This document shows positions 10,026 to 17,826 of a DNA stretch of 32,000 nt, one piece after another; position 1 is the first letter of the stretch; each line of letters starts with the position of its first letter. The stretch spans positions 67,738 through 99,737 of the forward strand of contig NZ_FQZO01000002.1 in assembly GCF_900142075.1 (NCBI RefSeq). The letters run 5' to 3'. The DNA comes from Clostridium amylolyticum (GTDB lineage Bacteria > Bacillota > Clostridia > Clostridiales > Clostridiaceae). A model generated the notes under the pieces. The model worked only from the letters and a program-made list of their open reading frames with translations, was not told the origin of the DNA and did not search any database. The position numbers were made by a program, and so were the translations under genes.

Positions 10026-10054
10026 ATAATATGATATATACTAACCATTGTCAA
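10026..10054 (-). promoter_or_regulatory. Promoter of the metG T-box leader
   Basis: On the minus strand, TTGACA (10054-10049), a 17-nt spacer, then TATTAT (10031-10026). Confidence 0.55.
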
Positions 10055-10056
10055 CT

Positions 10057-10854
10057 TTATATAAAGAAAAATATCATTATGGAACTTATTATGTTACTGG
10101 ATAAATTTATCATATCATTATTAAAAAAAGAAAATCCTTTTATAAGCTTATTGGGTTTTCCATTGTGAAGACTTTGTTCGGTGATTATGTTTTCTTCTTC
10201 ACAATAGTATTGAGCTTGTATAGAAGCTCCTAAAACACTATCTATTATAGCTCCAAAAAACCCTAAAACCATGGCAGCTATAAAGCCAAAAATAACAAAT
10301 TTATCATAGCCATACTCTATTATATGGCTAATAGCAAAGACCACTGCCATAAAAGTAGAGCCTGCAAGAGCAGCAAAAGTTCCTAGGATGCTAACGCCTC
10401 CAGACATACCTTTCATTAAAGCCTTTCCTGTAAGTATAGAAACTGGAAGCTTCTTGCTAAGCACTCCTACTTCTGAAGCCCAGGTATCCGCATTAGCTTC
10501 TCCAAAAGAAATGGCGCATCCCACTAAAAACAGCTGATTTTTTGTAAAATAAAATAAAGCTGCAAATAATAGTCCTACTCCTCCATTGGCGAAAACCTGA
10601 AATACATCTCTTCTGCCACCTTTTTCATTAAGCTTTGCCACATCTTTTTTCTTATTCTTGTTTAGCACTGTAAGTAAACTAGCGGACACAAAAAATCCTA
10701 TAAGTAAAGCTGTGGCAACAAAGCCCCCAAAAAAATACATAAGTCCACCCATTATAGCAGCTGCTATGGCACCACTTTCTGAAAGTGAATTCTTTTTATA
10801 GGCAGCTAAAGAAATAATGGTGGAGAAAACAAATCCAATAATTAAATTCTTCAT
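10057..10854 (-). CDS. DUF92 / TMEM19-family integral membrane protein (same family as plant VTE6 phytyl-phosphate kinase)
   Basis: 265-aa polytopic protein with the N-terminal AAYKKNSLSESGAIAA.IMG pattern typical of DUF92 (TIGR00297-like). Its RBS (AGGAGG) overlaps the stop of the upstream gene, suggesting an operon. Confidence 0.8.
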   Translation of the reverse strand: MKNLIIGFVFSTIISLAAYKKNSLSESGAIAAAIMGGLMYFFGGFVATALLIGFFVSASLLTVLNKNKKKDVAKLNEKGGRRDVFQVFANGGVGLLFAALFYFTKNQLFLVGCAISFGEANADTWASEVGVLSKKLPVSILTGKALMKGMSGGVSILGTFAALAGSTFMAVVFAISHIIEYGYDKFVIFGFIAAMVLGFFGAIIDSVLGASIQAQYYCEEENIITEQSLHNGKPNKLIKGFSFFNNDMINLSSNIISSIMIFFFI

Positions 10855-10862
10855 TTTTCCTC

Positions 10863-11531
10863 CTAAATAATCGCAACAATAACCATGTACAAAAATGAAG
10901 TTCCTAAGGGTACTGTAATGTTATCAAAGCCTTCTGGAGTGACAAGCTCAAGTATTGCTGCAACTACAGCTAAAATTAAGCTAACGGCTAACTTATAATA
11001 ATCATTAAATATAGAAAGTAATATAAAAACTGTAATAAAGGAAGTTATAAACATAGTAACACTACCTTCAAGGCTCTTAGTACTATTGTGAACCGTTATC
11101 TTATGCTTACCATATTTACTGCCTATAACAGCAGCTAGTCCATCTCCATATCCCATAACCAGTATCCCTAAAGCTCCTATGTAAGGGTTAAAACCTTGGC
11201 TAAAGGTAACAACTGATAAAACAAATAATGAAACAGCATAATATACAGTGCCTAAATCTTTTTTTGACCCATCTCTTTCCATGGCTTTAAAAACTTGCTT
11301 CTTATAAGATATATAGTTTATCACAATAAATAGAGCTGGTACAATGGCTGCATAAATGGGACTATTAAAATATATCATAGCTATAATCCACCAATTGCTA
11401 ACTCCTATGTGTATAAACTTTCTGCTGCCTTCACCACTAATAATGTTTTTTGATGTAAGTTCTGTAGACATTGCAATAATAATAAAAATGAAAATTATAG
11501 AAACTAATATTCCAAGTATATTGCTATTCAT
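10863..11531 (-). CDS. CTP-dependent polyprenol/phytol/dolichol-kinase-like membrane protein (SEC59/DGK1/VTE5, CTP_transf_1 superfamily)
   Basis: SRKFIHIG, GYGDGLAAVIGSKYG, KSLEGS and the E...DN..VP pattern match the cytidylyltransferase-fold lipid kinase family. Multiple TM segments. Confidence 0.7.
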   Translation of the reverse strand: MNSNILGILVSIIFIFIIIAMSTELTSKNIISGEGSRKFIHIGVSNWWIIAMIYFNSPIYAAIVPALFIVINYISYKKQVFKAMERDGSKKDLGTVYYAVSLFVLSVVTFSQGFNPYIGALGILVMGYGDGLAAVIGSKYGKHKITVHNSTKSLEGSVTMFITSFITVFILLSIFNDYYKLAVSLILAVVAAILELVTPEGFDNITVPLGTSFLYMVIVAII

Positions 11532-11635
11532 TTTTCCTCCTGTAAATACATATATTTTTCATTATACTTAAATAGTTTATACATGTCCATTTACCCAATA
11601 TTTTAAAATTCTAATTCTATATTAAATAACTACTA

Positions 11636-11673
11636 ACTAAAAAGCTCAATTATTATCAATAATTGAGCTTTTG
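11636..11673 (-). terminator. Terminator after mscL
   Basis: AAAAGCTCAATTATT / AATAATTGAGCTTTT inverted repeat (11640-11672), with a T-run on the minus strand. Confidence 0.7.
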
Positions 11674-11695
11674 CGGTTAAATTTTTAGTTTTAAA

Positions 11696-12085
11696 TTAAT
11701 TATTACCTTTTTCTGCTAAAAGATCTCTTATTTCTGTAAGAAGAGCTTCTTCCTTAGATAATTTTTTTTCAACTATTTCTTTTACTTCTTCCTGTCTAGG
11801 CCTTCTTAACCTGTTAATAGCTTTAACCATCAAGAATATGGTAAATGCCATTATAAGAAAATCAATTACACTTTGTAAGAACAAACCTAATTTTATATTT
11901 ACACCAAAAGGAGAAAGTACTATATCAGATATATTTATTTTTCCCATAACAAGTTCTAATATAGGTGTTAATATGTTCTCAACTAAAGATGTAACTATTT
12001 TGTTGAAAGCACCTCCTATAATAACACCCACTGCTAAATCTATGACATTTCCTTTCATAGCAAATTCTTTAAACTCTTTCCACAT
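11696..12085 (-). CDS. mscL: Large-conductance mechanosensitive channel
   Basis: [27 protein letters not shown] is the canonical MscL N-terminus. ATG at 12085 has GGAG 5 nt upstream. The ORF-track start at 12103 is a TTG inside the leader. Confidence 0.93.
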   Translation of the reverse strand: MWKEFKEFAMKGNVIDLAVGVIIGGAFNKIVTSLVENILTPILELVMGKINISDIVLSPFGVNIKLGLFLQSVIDFLIMAFTIFLMVKAINRLRRPRQEEVKEIVEKKLSKEEALLTEIRDLLAEKGNN

Positions 12086-12102
12086 GCTCTCCCATCCTTT
12101 CA

Positions 12103-12251
12103 ATCAAGTGATTCTTAGCTTCAGATGCAATTCGCTTAAAAGAAATACTTACTCCATCTGAAGTTTAAAGGAACTTATCCAGGAGCTTAGCACCCCTTAT
12201 TTCACTACTTAAAGAAGTAGGAGCATTAAGGGCGGTTAGCTATAGGATAAA
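12103..12251 (-). ncRNA. Copy 1 of a ~150-nt two-hairpin repeat element, forming the 5' leader of mscL
   Basis: The minus-strand sense reads TTTATCC-T-ATAGCTAACCGCCC...GGGGTGCTAAGCTCCTGGATAAGTTC...CTTCAGATG...CATCTGAAGCTAAGAATCACTTGAT. It is homologous over its full length to 24043-24190 (+). It ends 17 nt before the mscL ATG and begins about 25 nt after a predicted transcription start. Confidence 0.6.
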
Positions 12252-12285
12252 TTTTATCCATCGTATCTAAATAAGTTTCACTAAA

Positions 12286-12314
12286 ATTATAGTGCCACTA
12301 GTATTGTAATACAA
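12286..12314 (-). promoter_or_regulatory. Candidate promoter for the leader element and mscL
   Basis: On the minus strand, TTGTAT (12314-12309), a 17-nt spacer, then TATAAT (12291-12286). A second candidate is TTGCAA (12332-12327), 18 nt, then TACAAT (12308-12303). Confidence 0.5.
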
Positions 12315-12336
12315 CCTAATCATTACTTGCAACCTT

Positions 12337-12413
12337 TTATTACTTACTACTTATTACTTATTACTTATTACCTATTATTTCTTACCTCTTACCTCTTACT
12401 TATTATTTATCAT
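12337..12413. repeat. Imperfect heptanucleotide tandem repeat, about 11 units of TTATTAC (GTAATAA on the minus strand)
   Basis: Reading in 7-nt phase from 12337 gives TTATTAC TTACTAC TTATTAC TTATTAC TTATTAC CTATTAT TTCTTAC CTCTTAC CTCTTAC TTATTAT TTATCAT. The tract covers the last codons and stop of the 232-aa ORF and runs up to the mscL promoter region. Confidence 0.8.
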
Positions 12414-13094
12414 TACATCTTTATGTTCCATATTTTTGTAAACACTTAAATCTTTAGGTGTATATAATGACCTTTGAATTACTTTACCTCTCTTAAATTC
12501 ATATCTATATTCTATTTCCTTTTCATCATTAAAAATTACTATAGTATACTCTGGATATTCTATTATACTATGAATATTATCGCTACAGCCCTTATCCTTC
12601 AAATAAGAAATCACTTGGTTCTTCAGTACTTGCCCTTGGGAGAAGCATAAACCTACATTACAAAAATATATGCAAAAAATGAAAGATAAAAAAGCTATAC
12701 TATAAGCTAATTGAAGCTTTTTAATTGCTCCCCTTTTAAAATCTATAATGATTCTATTCATAATAACTATAAGAAAGATGCCAATCAATGGGAAGGGGCT
12801 TATTTTCACTTCTGAATAATTATTAAACACATGGCTCCATATAAAAATCAGTAGAGATATGGAGGTAGCTATGTATAGTGAACTCTTTATATATTTTTTA
12901 TGATATAAATATATAACTACTACACCTGCAAAAAGCATTGCCAAGGTGGCACTATAAGCGATGATAAGATCAATCTTATAGTATATGCATTGCTTCAGTC
13001 CAAAGTATAAGAACAAAGCTGTAACAACATTAGCTGATATATATATTATTTTGTTTACTAGCTCATTTTTATTTTTATCCATATAAAGCACCAC
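12396..13094 (-). CDS. Hypothetical membrane protein (about 5 TM segments plus a small C-terminal soluble domain, possibly DUF3139-like)
   Basis: Hydrophobic N-terminal two thirds. The C-terminal segment YLKDKGCSDNIHSIIEYPEYTIVIFNDEKEIEYRYEF resembles the small domain of DUF3139-type proteins. The start is ambiguous (GTG 13094 or ATG 13082). Confidence 0.6.
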   Translation of the reverse strand: MVLYMDKNKNELVNKIIYISANVVTALFLYFGLKQCIYYKIDLIIAYSATLAMLFAGVVVIYLYHKKYIKSSLYIATSISLLIFIWSHVFNNYSEVKISPFPLIGIFLIVIMNRIIIDFKRGAIKKLQLAYSIAFLSFIFCIYFCNVGLCFSQGQVLKNQVISYLKDKGCSDNIHSIIEYPEYTIVIFNDEKEIEYRYEFKRGKVIQRSLYTPKDLSVYKNMEHKDVMINNK

Positions 13095-13296
13095 TCTTAT
13101 TTTTTAATTATATTTTAACTTTCTTTACATATTATGTAAATATTTTCAATAGTTATACATTAAATTATACGAAAATGTTTTCATTAAAAGCCAACATTTC
13201 ATAAATAAAATATATAAATTTATATTTTATTAAAACATAATTCATATCTTATATGCTTTAAATAAACTATAATTTATTATAAAGGGAGGTTATATT

Positions 13297-14286
13297 TTGA
13301 TTAGAGTAATGTATCATTCAAAATACTTAAATAAAGTTGAAATAAAAAATTATGAAAGCACTGATAATTTTCTTAAAGAATGCCATAACATCCAATGTAA
13401 TATTATGTGGATAGATATAGACTATTGTTCAAATTCAAAGGAGGATGACTTTAAAGATATAATAAATAAGTTTTTCGATTATTCTAACTCATCTATTGCT
13501 AGAGAGCTTCCAGCACGTCATTCTTCAGTAGAAAAATATTCTGACTTCTATAGCATAGACATGCTTATTCTTAAAGATAGTAACCTAAAAAAACATATGC
13601 ATTGGCTAAAAAAACATTTTATCATTAATAAAAACATAATAATTTCCCTAGGCAGTGAGCATTCTAAAATATTTGAAGAAATATGGAAAAATCTTTCTAC
13701 TCACCCTACAGCCCTTAAAGGTAACACTGATGGAATCTTGTACTTAATCCTAGATTACATATGTGATGAATATTTTGCCGCTCTAGAAGATTTGGAAAGC
13801 ATGGTAGAAGAAATTGAGGTAGCCTTAATAGATGGAAACACTAATGAACTTCAAGATAAAATACTGAAACTTAGAAAAGAAATATTAAAATTCAAGCGGG
13901 TGGTTAGTTCCCTACGTACCGTTACTTATTCTCTTATAAGTTATGATTACGATGTTATAGACGAAGAAAATACAAACTATATTAAAACTGTTCATGACAA
14001 TACCTTCAAAATTTATGAGGCTCTAGAATCTGAACTAGACACCTTAGCTACAGATTTAAATTTATACAATTCTAAAATGTCCAATAAAATGAATGAAACC
14101 ATGGAGTTTTTAACTGTTATTACTACTATTATGGCTCCTCTTACCCTAATTGCAGGTATATATGGAATGAATTTTAAATTTATGCCTGAAATAGAGTCTA
14201 AATTTGCTTATCCTATAACTCTTGTAGTTATGTTAATATTGGTAATACTTCAAGTTAGATATTTTAAAAAGAAAAATTGGCTCTAA
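13297..14286 (+). CDS. corA: CorA-family divalent-cation (Mg/Co) channel
   Basis: C-terminal two TM segments with the canonical YGMNFKFMPE (GMN plus MPEL-like) motif. The WIDID motif is in the N-terminal domain. TTG start with AGGGAGG RBS. Confidence 0.85.
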   Translation: MIRVMYHSKYLNKVEIKNYESTDNFLKECHNIQCNIMWIDIDYCSNSKEDDFKDIINKFFDYSNSSIARELPARHSSVEKYSDFYSIDMLILKDSNLKKHMHWLKKHFIINKNIIISLGSEHSKIFEEIWKNLSTHPTALKGNTDGILYLILDYICDEYFAALEDLESMVEEIEVALIDGNTNELQDKILKLRKEILKFKRVVSSLRTVTYSLISYDYDVIDEENTNYIKTVHDNTFKIYEALESELDTLATDLNLYNSKMSNKMNETMEFLTVITTIMAPLTLIAGIYGMNFKFMPEIESKFAYPITLVVMLILVILQVRYFKKKNWL

Positions 14287-14287
14287 T

Positions 14288-14333
14288 AAAAATATAGGAG
14301 AAAATGCTATGTATGCTTTTCCCCTATATTTTA
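14288..14333 (+). terminator. Possible terminator hairpin after corA
   Basis: ATAGGAGAAAATGC...GCTTTTCCCCTAT imperfect hairpin, followed by ATTTTAT. The T-run is weak and merges with the 5' end of repeat copy 3. Confidence 0.4.
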
Positions 14334-14448
14334 TCCCATAGCTAACCGCTCCTAATACCCTCACTTTTTCAAGTAGCATGATAATGAGCGCTAAGCTCCT
14401 GGATAAGTTCTTCTAAATATATGCTTCAATCTATATTTCTAAGAGTTC
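14330..14448 (+). ncRNA. Copy 3 of the two-hairpin repeat element (distal part of hairpin 2 replaced or deleted)
   Basis: TTTATCC-C-ATAGCTAACCGCTCCTAATACCCTCACT...GAGCGCTAAGCTCCTGGATAAGTTCTTCTAA is near-identical to copy 2. A shorter hairpin follows (AAATATA...TATATTT), then CTAAGAGTTC. The last 18 nt overlap the stop and final codons of the convergent SNF2 gene. Confidence 0.55.
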
Positions 14449-17400
14449 TAAAAGTTCACCTTCTGTAAAGCTACTTATAAATCCCCCATGCTTCTCTTCT
14501 GAAAGCACTTTATTTATTATTTCTCTCTTTTTGTGCTGAAGGGTATATATCTTTTCTTCTATAGTTCCCTTGGTAATTAACCTTATTACCTCTACAGAAT
14601 TTTTTTGTCCTAATCTATGAGCTCTATCTGTTGCTTGATCTTCCACAGCAGGATTCCACCATGGGTCAAAGTGTATTACTATATCCGCTGAGGTGAGGTT
14701 AAGTCCGGTACCACCAGCTTTTAATGATATAAGAAATACCATGGGGCTATTACTTATATTAAAGTTATTTACTACTTTTACTCTCTCTTCTGAGGTCATG
14801 CTACCATCTAAATAACAATAATCTATGTTGTTGCTATCCAATTTAAAGGCTATATTTTTTAGTACTGAGGTGAATTGAGAAAACACTAAAACCTTATGAT
14901 TTTCTTCCAATGCCTGTTGTAATATCTCTAAAAGAGCTGAAATCTTTGCGCTTTCACCGTTATAATTTTGTATAAAAGAAGAAGGATCGCAACATATCTG
15001 TCTCAGTCTAGTTAATACTCCCAATATTTTTATCCTATTTTTTTCAAAACCCTGAACATCTATTTCTTTTCTTATTTTTTTGCTAGCTGCAGCAAGATAA
15101 GCCGTATAGATTTCCTTTTGCTCCTTTGTAAGGTCTAAGGATATTTTATGTTGTATTTTATTAGGGAGTTCTGATGCCACATGTATTTTTAACCTTCTTA
15201 AAATAAAAGGTTTTATTAAAGAATTAAGCTTACTTAAAGCATCTGCATTTACATTTTTTGATATGGGTCCCTGAAACCTTGAAATGAATGTATTATAATT
15301 CATTAAATATCCTGGCATAATAAAATCAAAAATAGACCAAAGCTCTGACAATGAATTTTCTATAGGAGTTCCTGTAAGAGCAAACCGTATTCGGCTTTTA
15401 ATGGCCTTTGTGCAGGAAGCATTTTGAGAATATGGGTTTTTAATATTCTGAGCTTCATCCAGTATAAAACAATAAAATCCATAATCTTTGTATCTATCAG
15501 CATCTTTTCTCAGCAATGCGTAAGATGTTATTACTACATCATACTCTTTAATGCTATTTATTAATTCTTCTCTATCCTCTGGATTACCTTGAATAATAAG
15601 CACCTTAAGCTCTGGAGCAAATCTTTCCAACTCCTCTTTCCAATTGTAAAGTAAAGAGGTTGGAGCAACTATAAGGGAAGTCCCTTTCTCCTTTTCTGAT
15701 AGTAAAAAAGCTATAGATTGAAGGGTTTTACCCAGTCCCATCTCATCTGCTAATACTCCTCCAAAGCCCATATGAGACAAGTATTTAAGCCACTTATAAC
15801 CAGATACTTGGTAGTCTCTAAGTATGCCTTTCAGATTATCTGGAACAGAAGCATCCAAGGTTTTAAAGCTTCTAATTTCTTTTAAGGAATTTATTAAGTC
15901 TTCATTTATATTTACATTTTCAATGTTATCAATTTGCTTTATTTGCTCTGCAGCAAAAGCTTTATAGAGTGGAAGCTCTATACTTTCTTCCATTAATTGT
16001 TCTTTTTTGATACCAATATTATCAATGAACTCTACTAGCTTTTGAAGTTCTTTATTCTCGAGGTCAATAAAATTACCATTTCTTAATTTAAAGTATTTTT
16101 TATTGTGTTTTATGGCTTTAAATAAAGTAGCTATGTCTTTTTTATTTATGTCCTTTATATAAAAATCTACTTTAAAAAGGTTGTTATTATTTATACTAAG
16201 GTTAGTTTGTATGCTGGTATAATCATATAGCTTAAGGGTTTTAAAACCTTCAGAGTAATAAACCTCACAGATTTCTTGAAGCTCCAGCACTCCCTTTTTA
16301 AGAAAATATACTAAAGATTCATCTCCTTGTAGATAAAAATTATCCTTACCCTTTTTAAAATTAAGTTCCATGAGAACATTTTCTATATTTTTTTCTTTTA
16401 GTTTATCTCTAAGTATTAACTCATTTTTATTGTTTGATGTATTATCAGGTATTTGTATGTCTACATCACCATAGGTATATACAAGGTTACATTTTATCTT
16501 GCTGCCTTCTTTATCTATATAAGCCTTGGCTTTGAAATCTTCTATAATATATGAGTCTTTAAGTTCATTACATATATCTATATTTTTACTTATAGATTTT
16601 AATAGAGGCAGCATATAAGAGGCATATCTTTCCCCTTCACTTTGCCTAATTTTAAACATAGGCTCCTGTTCATAGCCCAAGGCTTCTTCTAAAAGCAGAT
16701 AAAGCTTAATCTGCTCTTTAGAAGGTTTATATAAAGCTTCTTTATAATAAAAAATACTTTTTTCATCATTTAAGCTTATAGGTAGGTCACCCTTAGGCAA
16801 TACTACCAAATCCTCTTTATCCCTATGTATGCAAAAATCCAAAGGCATATCCTTCTCGTAATAGTTTACCTCTCCTATTTCTTTGGTGTTTATTGTAATA
16901 TTAATATCACTATTAGAAGCTGCCTTGAAAAGCCTCTCCACTTGACGAGATGGTATATAAAGCTTTCTTCCATCTAAGAGCTTAATTATCCCTCTATCAT
17001 AGTTTAAGCTTAAACGACTAATTTTATTGAATTCATATATATCTTTAAATAAAGCTATTAAATCTTTATGCTCTTCTTTAAATTCATGCTGTTTAGAGTT
17101 ATACTGAAAGGCTTTAGATAATTTAAATGGAATATTATCTTCCATAGCTTCTAAAAACCTTTCTATATCTTTTATAATATAAAGCCTATTTACCCCTACC
17201 TTTACTTCAACATGACTTTTTATTCTTCCGGTATTATTATAGTGATAATTTATTTTAACATTAAGCTTTTGCTTCTTTTCATGGATGTTGTTTAACATAT
17301 TATCTATGTTATCTAGGAACTTTGAACCATTAAAAGCGCTCCTCTCTTCCATTACAAGATTACTCTTTTCCTTATAATATTTAAACAGCGTTGAAGCTAT

Positions 17401-17691
17401 ATGCTTACATATACCTTTTCTTCTATAACTTTCATTGAAATATAAACAATCACAATGAAACCTTGTAAATCCACTATTATCATTAAATCCTATCTGAACA
17501 TTATACACAGCTTCAGTAAATGCAGAATGAACCCAGGTATCAATACCATACCTATTTACCATAGAATTTTCCGTAGAGTAAATCTGCACCACAAAATCTT
17601 CTACTAAATTCTTATTATAATATTCTAAACCTTTTTCGTAGATTTCATTATCTGTGTAATTGTGGATTATATTCTCATCGTAAATCATCAT
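14431..17691 (-). CDS. SNF2-family DEAD/H helicase with N-terminal SWIM zinc finger (YwqA-like)
   Basis: SWIM CxC...CxH motif (CDCLYFNESYRRKGICKH). Helicase motifs are LADEMGLGKT (I), ILDEAQNIKN (II), LTGTPIENS (III) and QATDRAHRLGQ (VI). Confidence 0.9.
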   Translation of the reverse strand: MMIYDENIIHNYTDNEIYEKGLEYYNKNLVEDFVVQIYSTENSMVNRYGIDTWVHSAFTEAVYNVQIGFNDNSGFTRFHCDCLYFNESYRRKGICKHIASTLFKYYKEKSNLVMEERSAFNGSKFLDNIDNMLNNIHEKKQKLNVKINYHYNNTGRIKSHVEVKVGVNRLYIIKDIERFLEAMEDNIPFKLSKAFQYNSKQHEFKEEHKDLIALFKDIYEFNKISRLSLNYDRGIIKLLDGRKLYIPSRQVERLFKAASNSDINITINTKEIGEVNYYEKDMPLDFCIHRDKEDLVVLPKGDLPISLNDEKSIFYYKEALYKPSKEQIKLYLLLEEALGYEQEPMFKIRQSEGERYASYMLPLLKSISKNIDICNELKDSYIIEDFKAKAYIDKEGSKIKCNLVYTYGDVDIQIPDNTSNNKNELILRDKLKEKNIENVLMELNFKKGKDNFYLQGDESLVYFLKKGVLELQEICEVYYSEGFKTLKLYDYTSIQTNLSINNNNLFKVDFYIKDINKKDIATLFKAIKHNKKYFKLRNGNFIDLENKELQKLVEFIDNIGIKKEQLMEESIELPLYKAFAAEQIKQIDNIENVNINEDLINSLKEIRSFKTLDASVPDNLKGILRDYQVSGYKWLKYLSHMGFGGVLADEMGLGKTLQSIAFLLSEKEKGTSLIVAPTSLLYNWKEELERFAPELKVLIIQGNPEDREELINSIKEYDVVITSYALLRKDADRYKDYGFYCFILDEAQNIKNPYSQNASCTKAIKSRIRFALTGTPIENSLSELWSIFDFIMPGYLMNYNTFISRFQGPISKNVNADALSKLNSLIKPFILRRLKIHVASELPNKIQHKISLDLTKEQKEIYTAYLAAASKKIRKEIDVQGFEKNRIKILGVLTRLRQICCDPSSFIQNYNGESAKISALLEILQQALEENHKVLVFSQFTSVLKNIAFKLDSNNIDYCYLDGSMTSEERVKVVNNFNISNSPMVFLISLKAGGTGLNLTSADIVIHFDPWWNPAVEDQATDRAHRLGQKNSVEVIRLITKGTIEEKIYTLQHKKREIINKVLSEEKHGGFISSFTEGELLELLEI

Positions 17692-17826
17692 TATTCCCTC
17701 TATTTACATTAATTGATAAATTATTAACAATATAATTATAACCCATAATACATAAAAACAAAAGAGCATAAACTTTAAAAAGAAAAGCCTATACTCTTAT
17801 AGTTCTAATAATATGCACTTTTAAAA

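Noticed and set aside
12337-12413. The repeat tract as a mini CRISPR array.
   Set aside because: The unit is 7 nt with no spacers, and no cas genes are present. It is a simple tandem repeat.
13124-13140. The 17-bp palindrome TTTACATA-T-TATGTAAA in the divergent promoter region, as a standalone operator call.
   Set aside because: AT-only palindromes of this size arise easily by chance in such AT-rich intergenic DNA, and no regulator gene is adjacent. It is mentioned only as context in a finding.
13297-14286. The CorA-like protein as a possible defence-associated membrane effector (as in some type III CRISPR loci).
   Set aside because: It has a canonical full-length CorA architecture with YGMNF..MPE. 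There are no cas, CARF or nuclease genes nearby, so an ordinary Mg/Co channel is the simplest reading.
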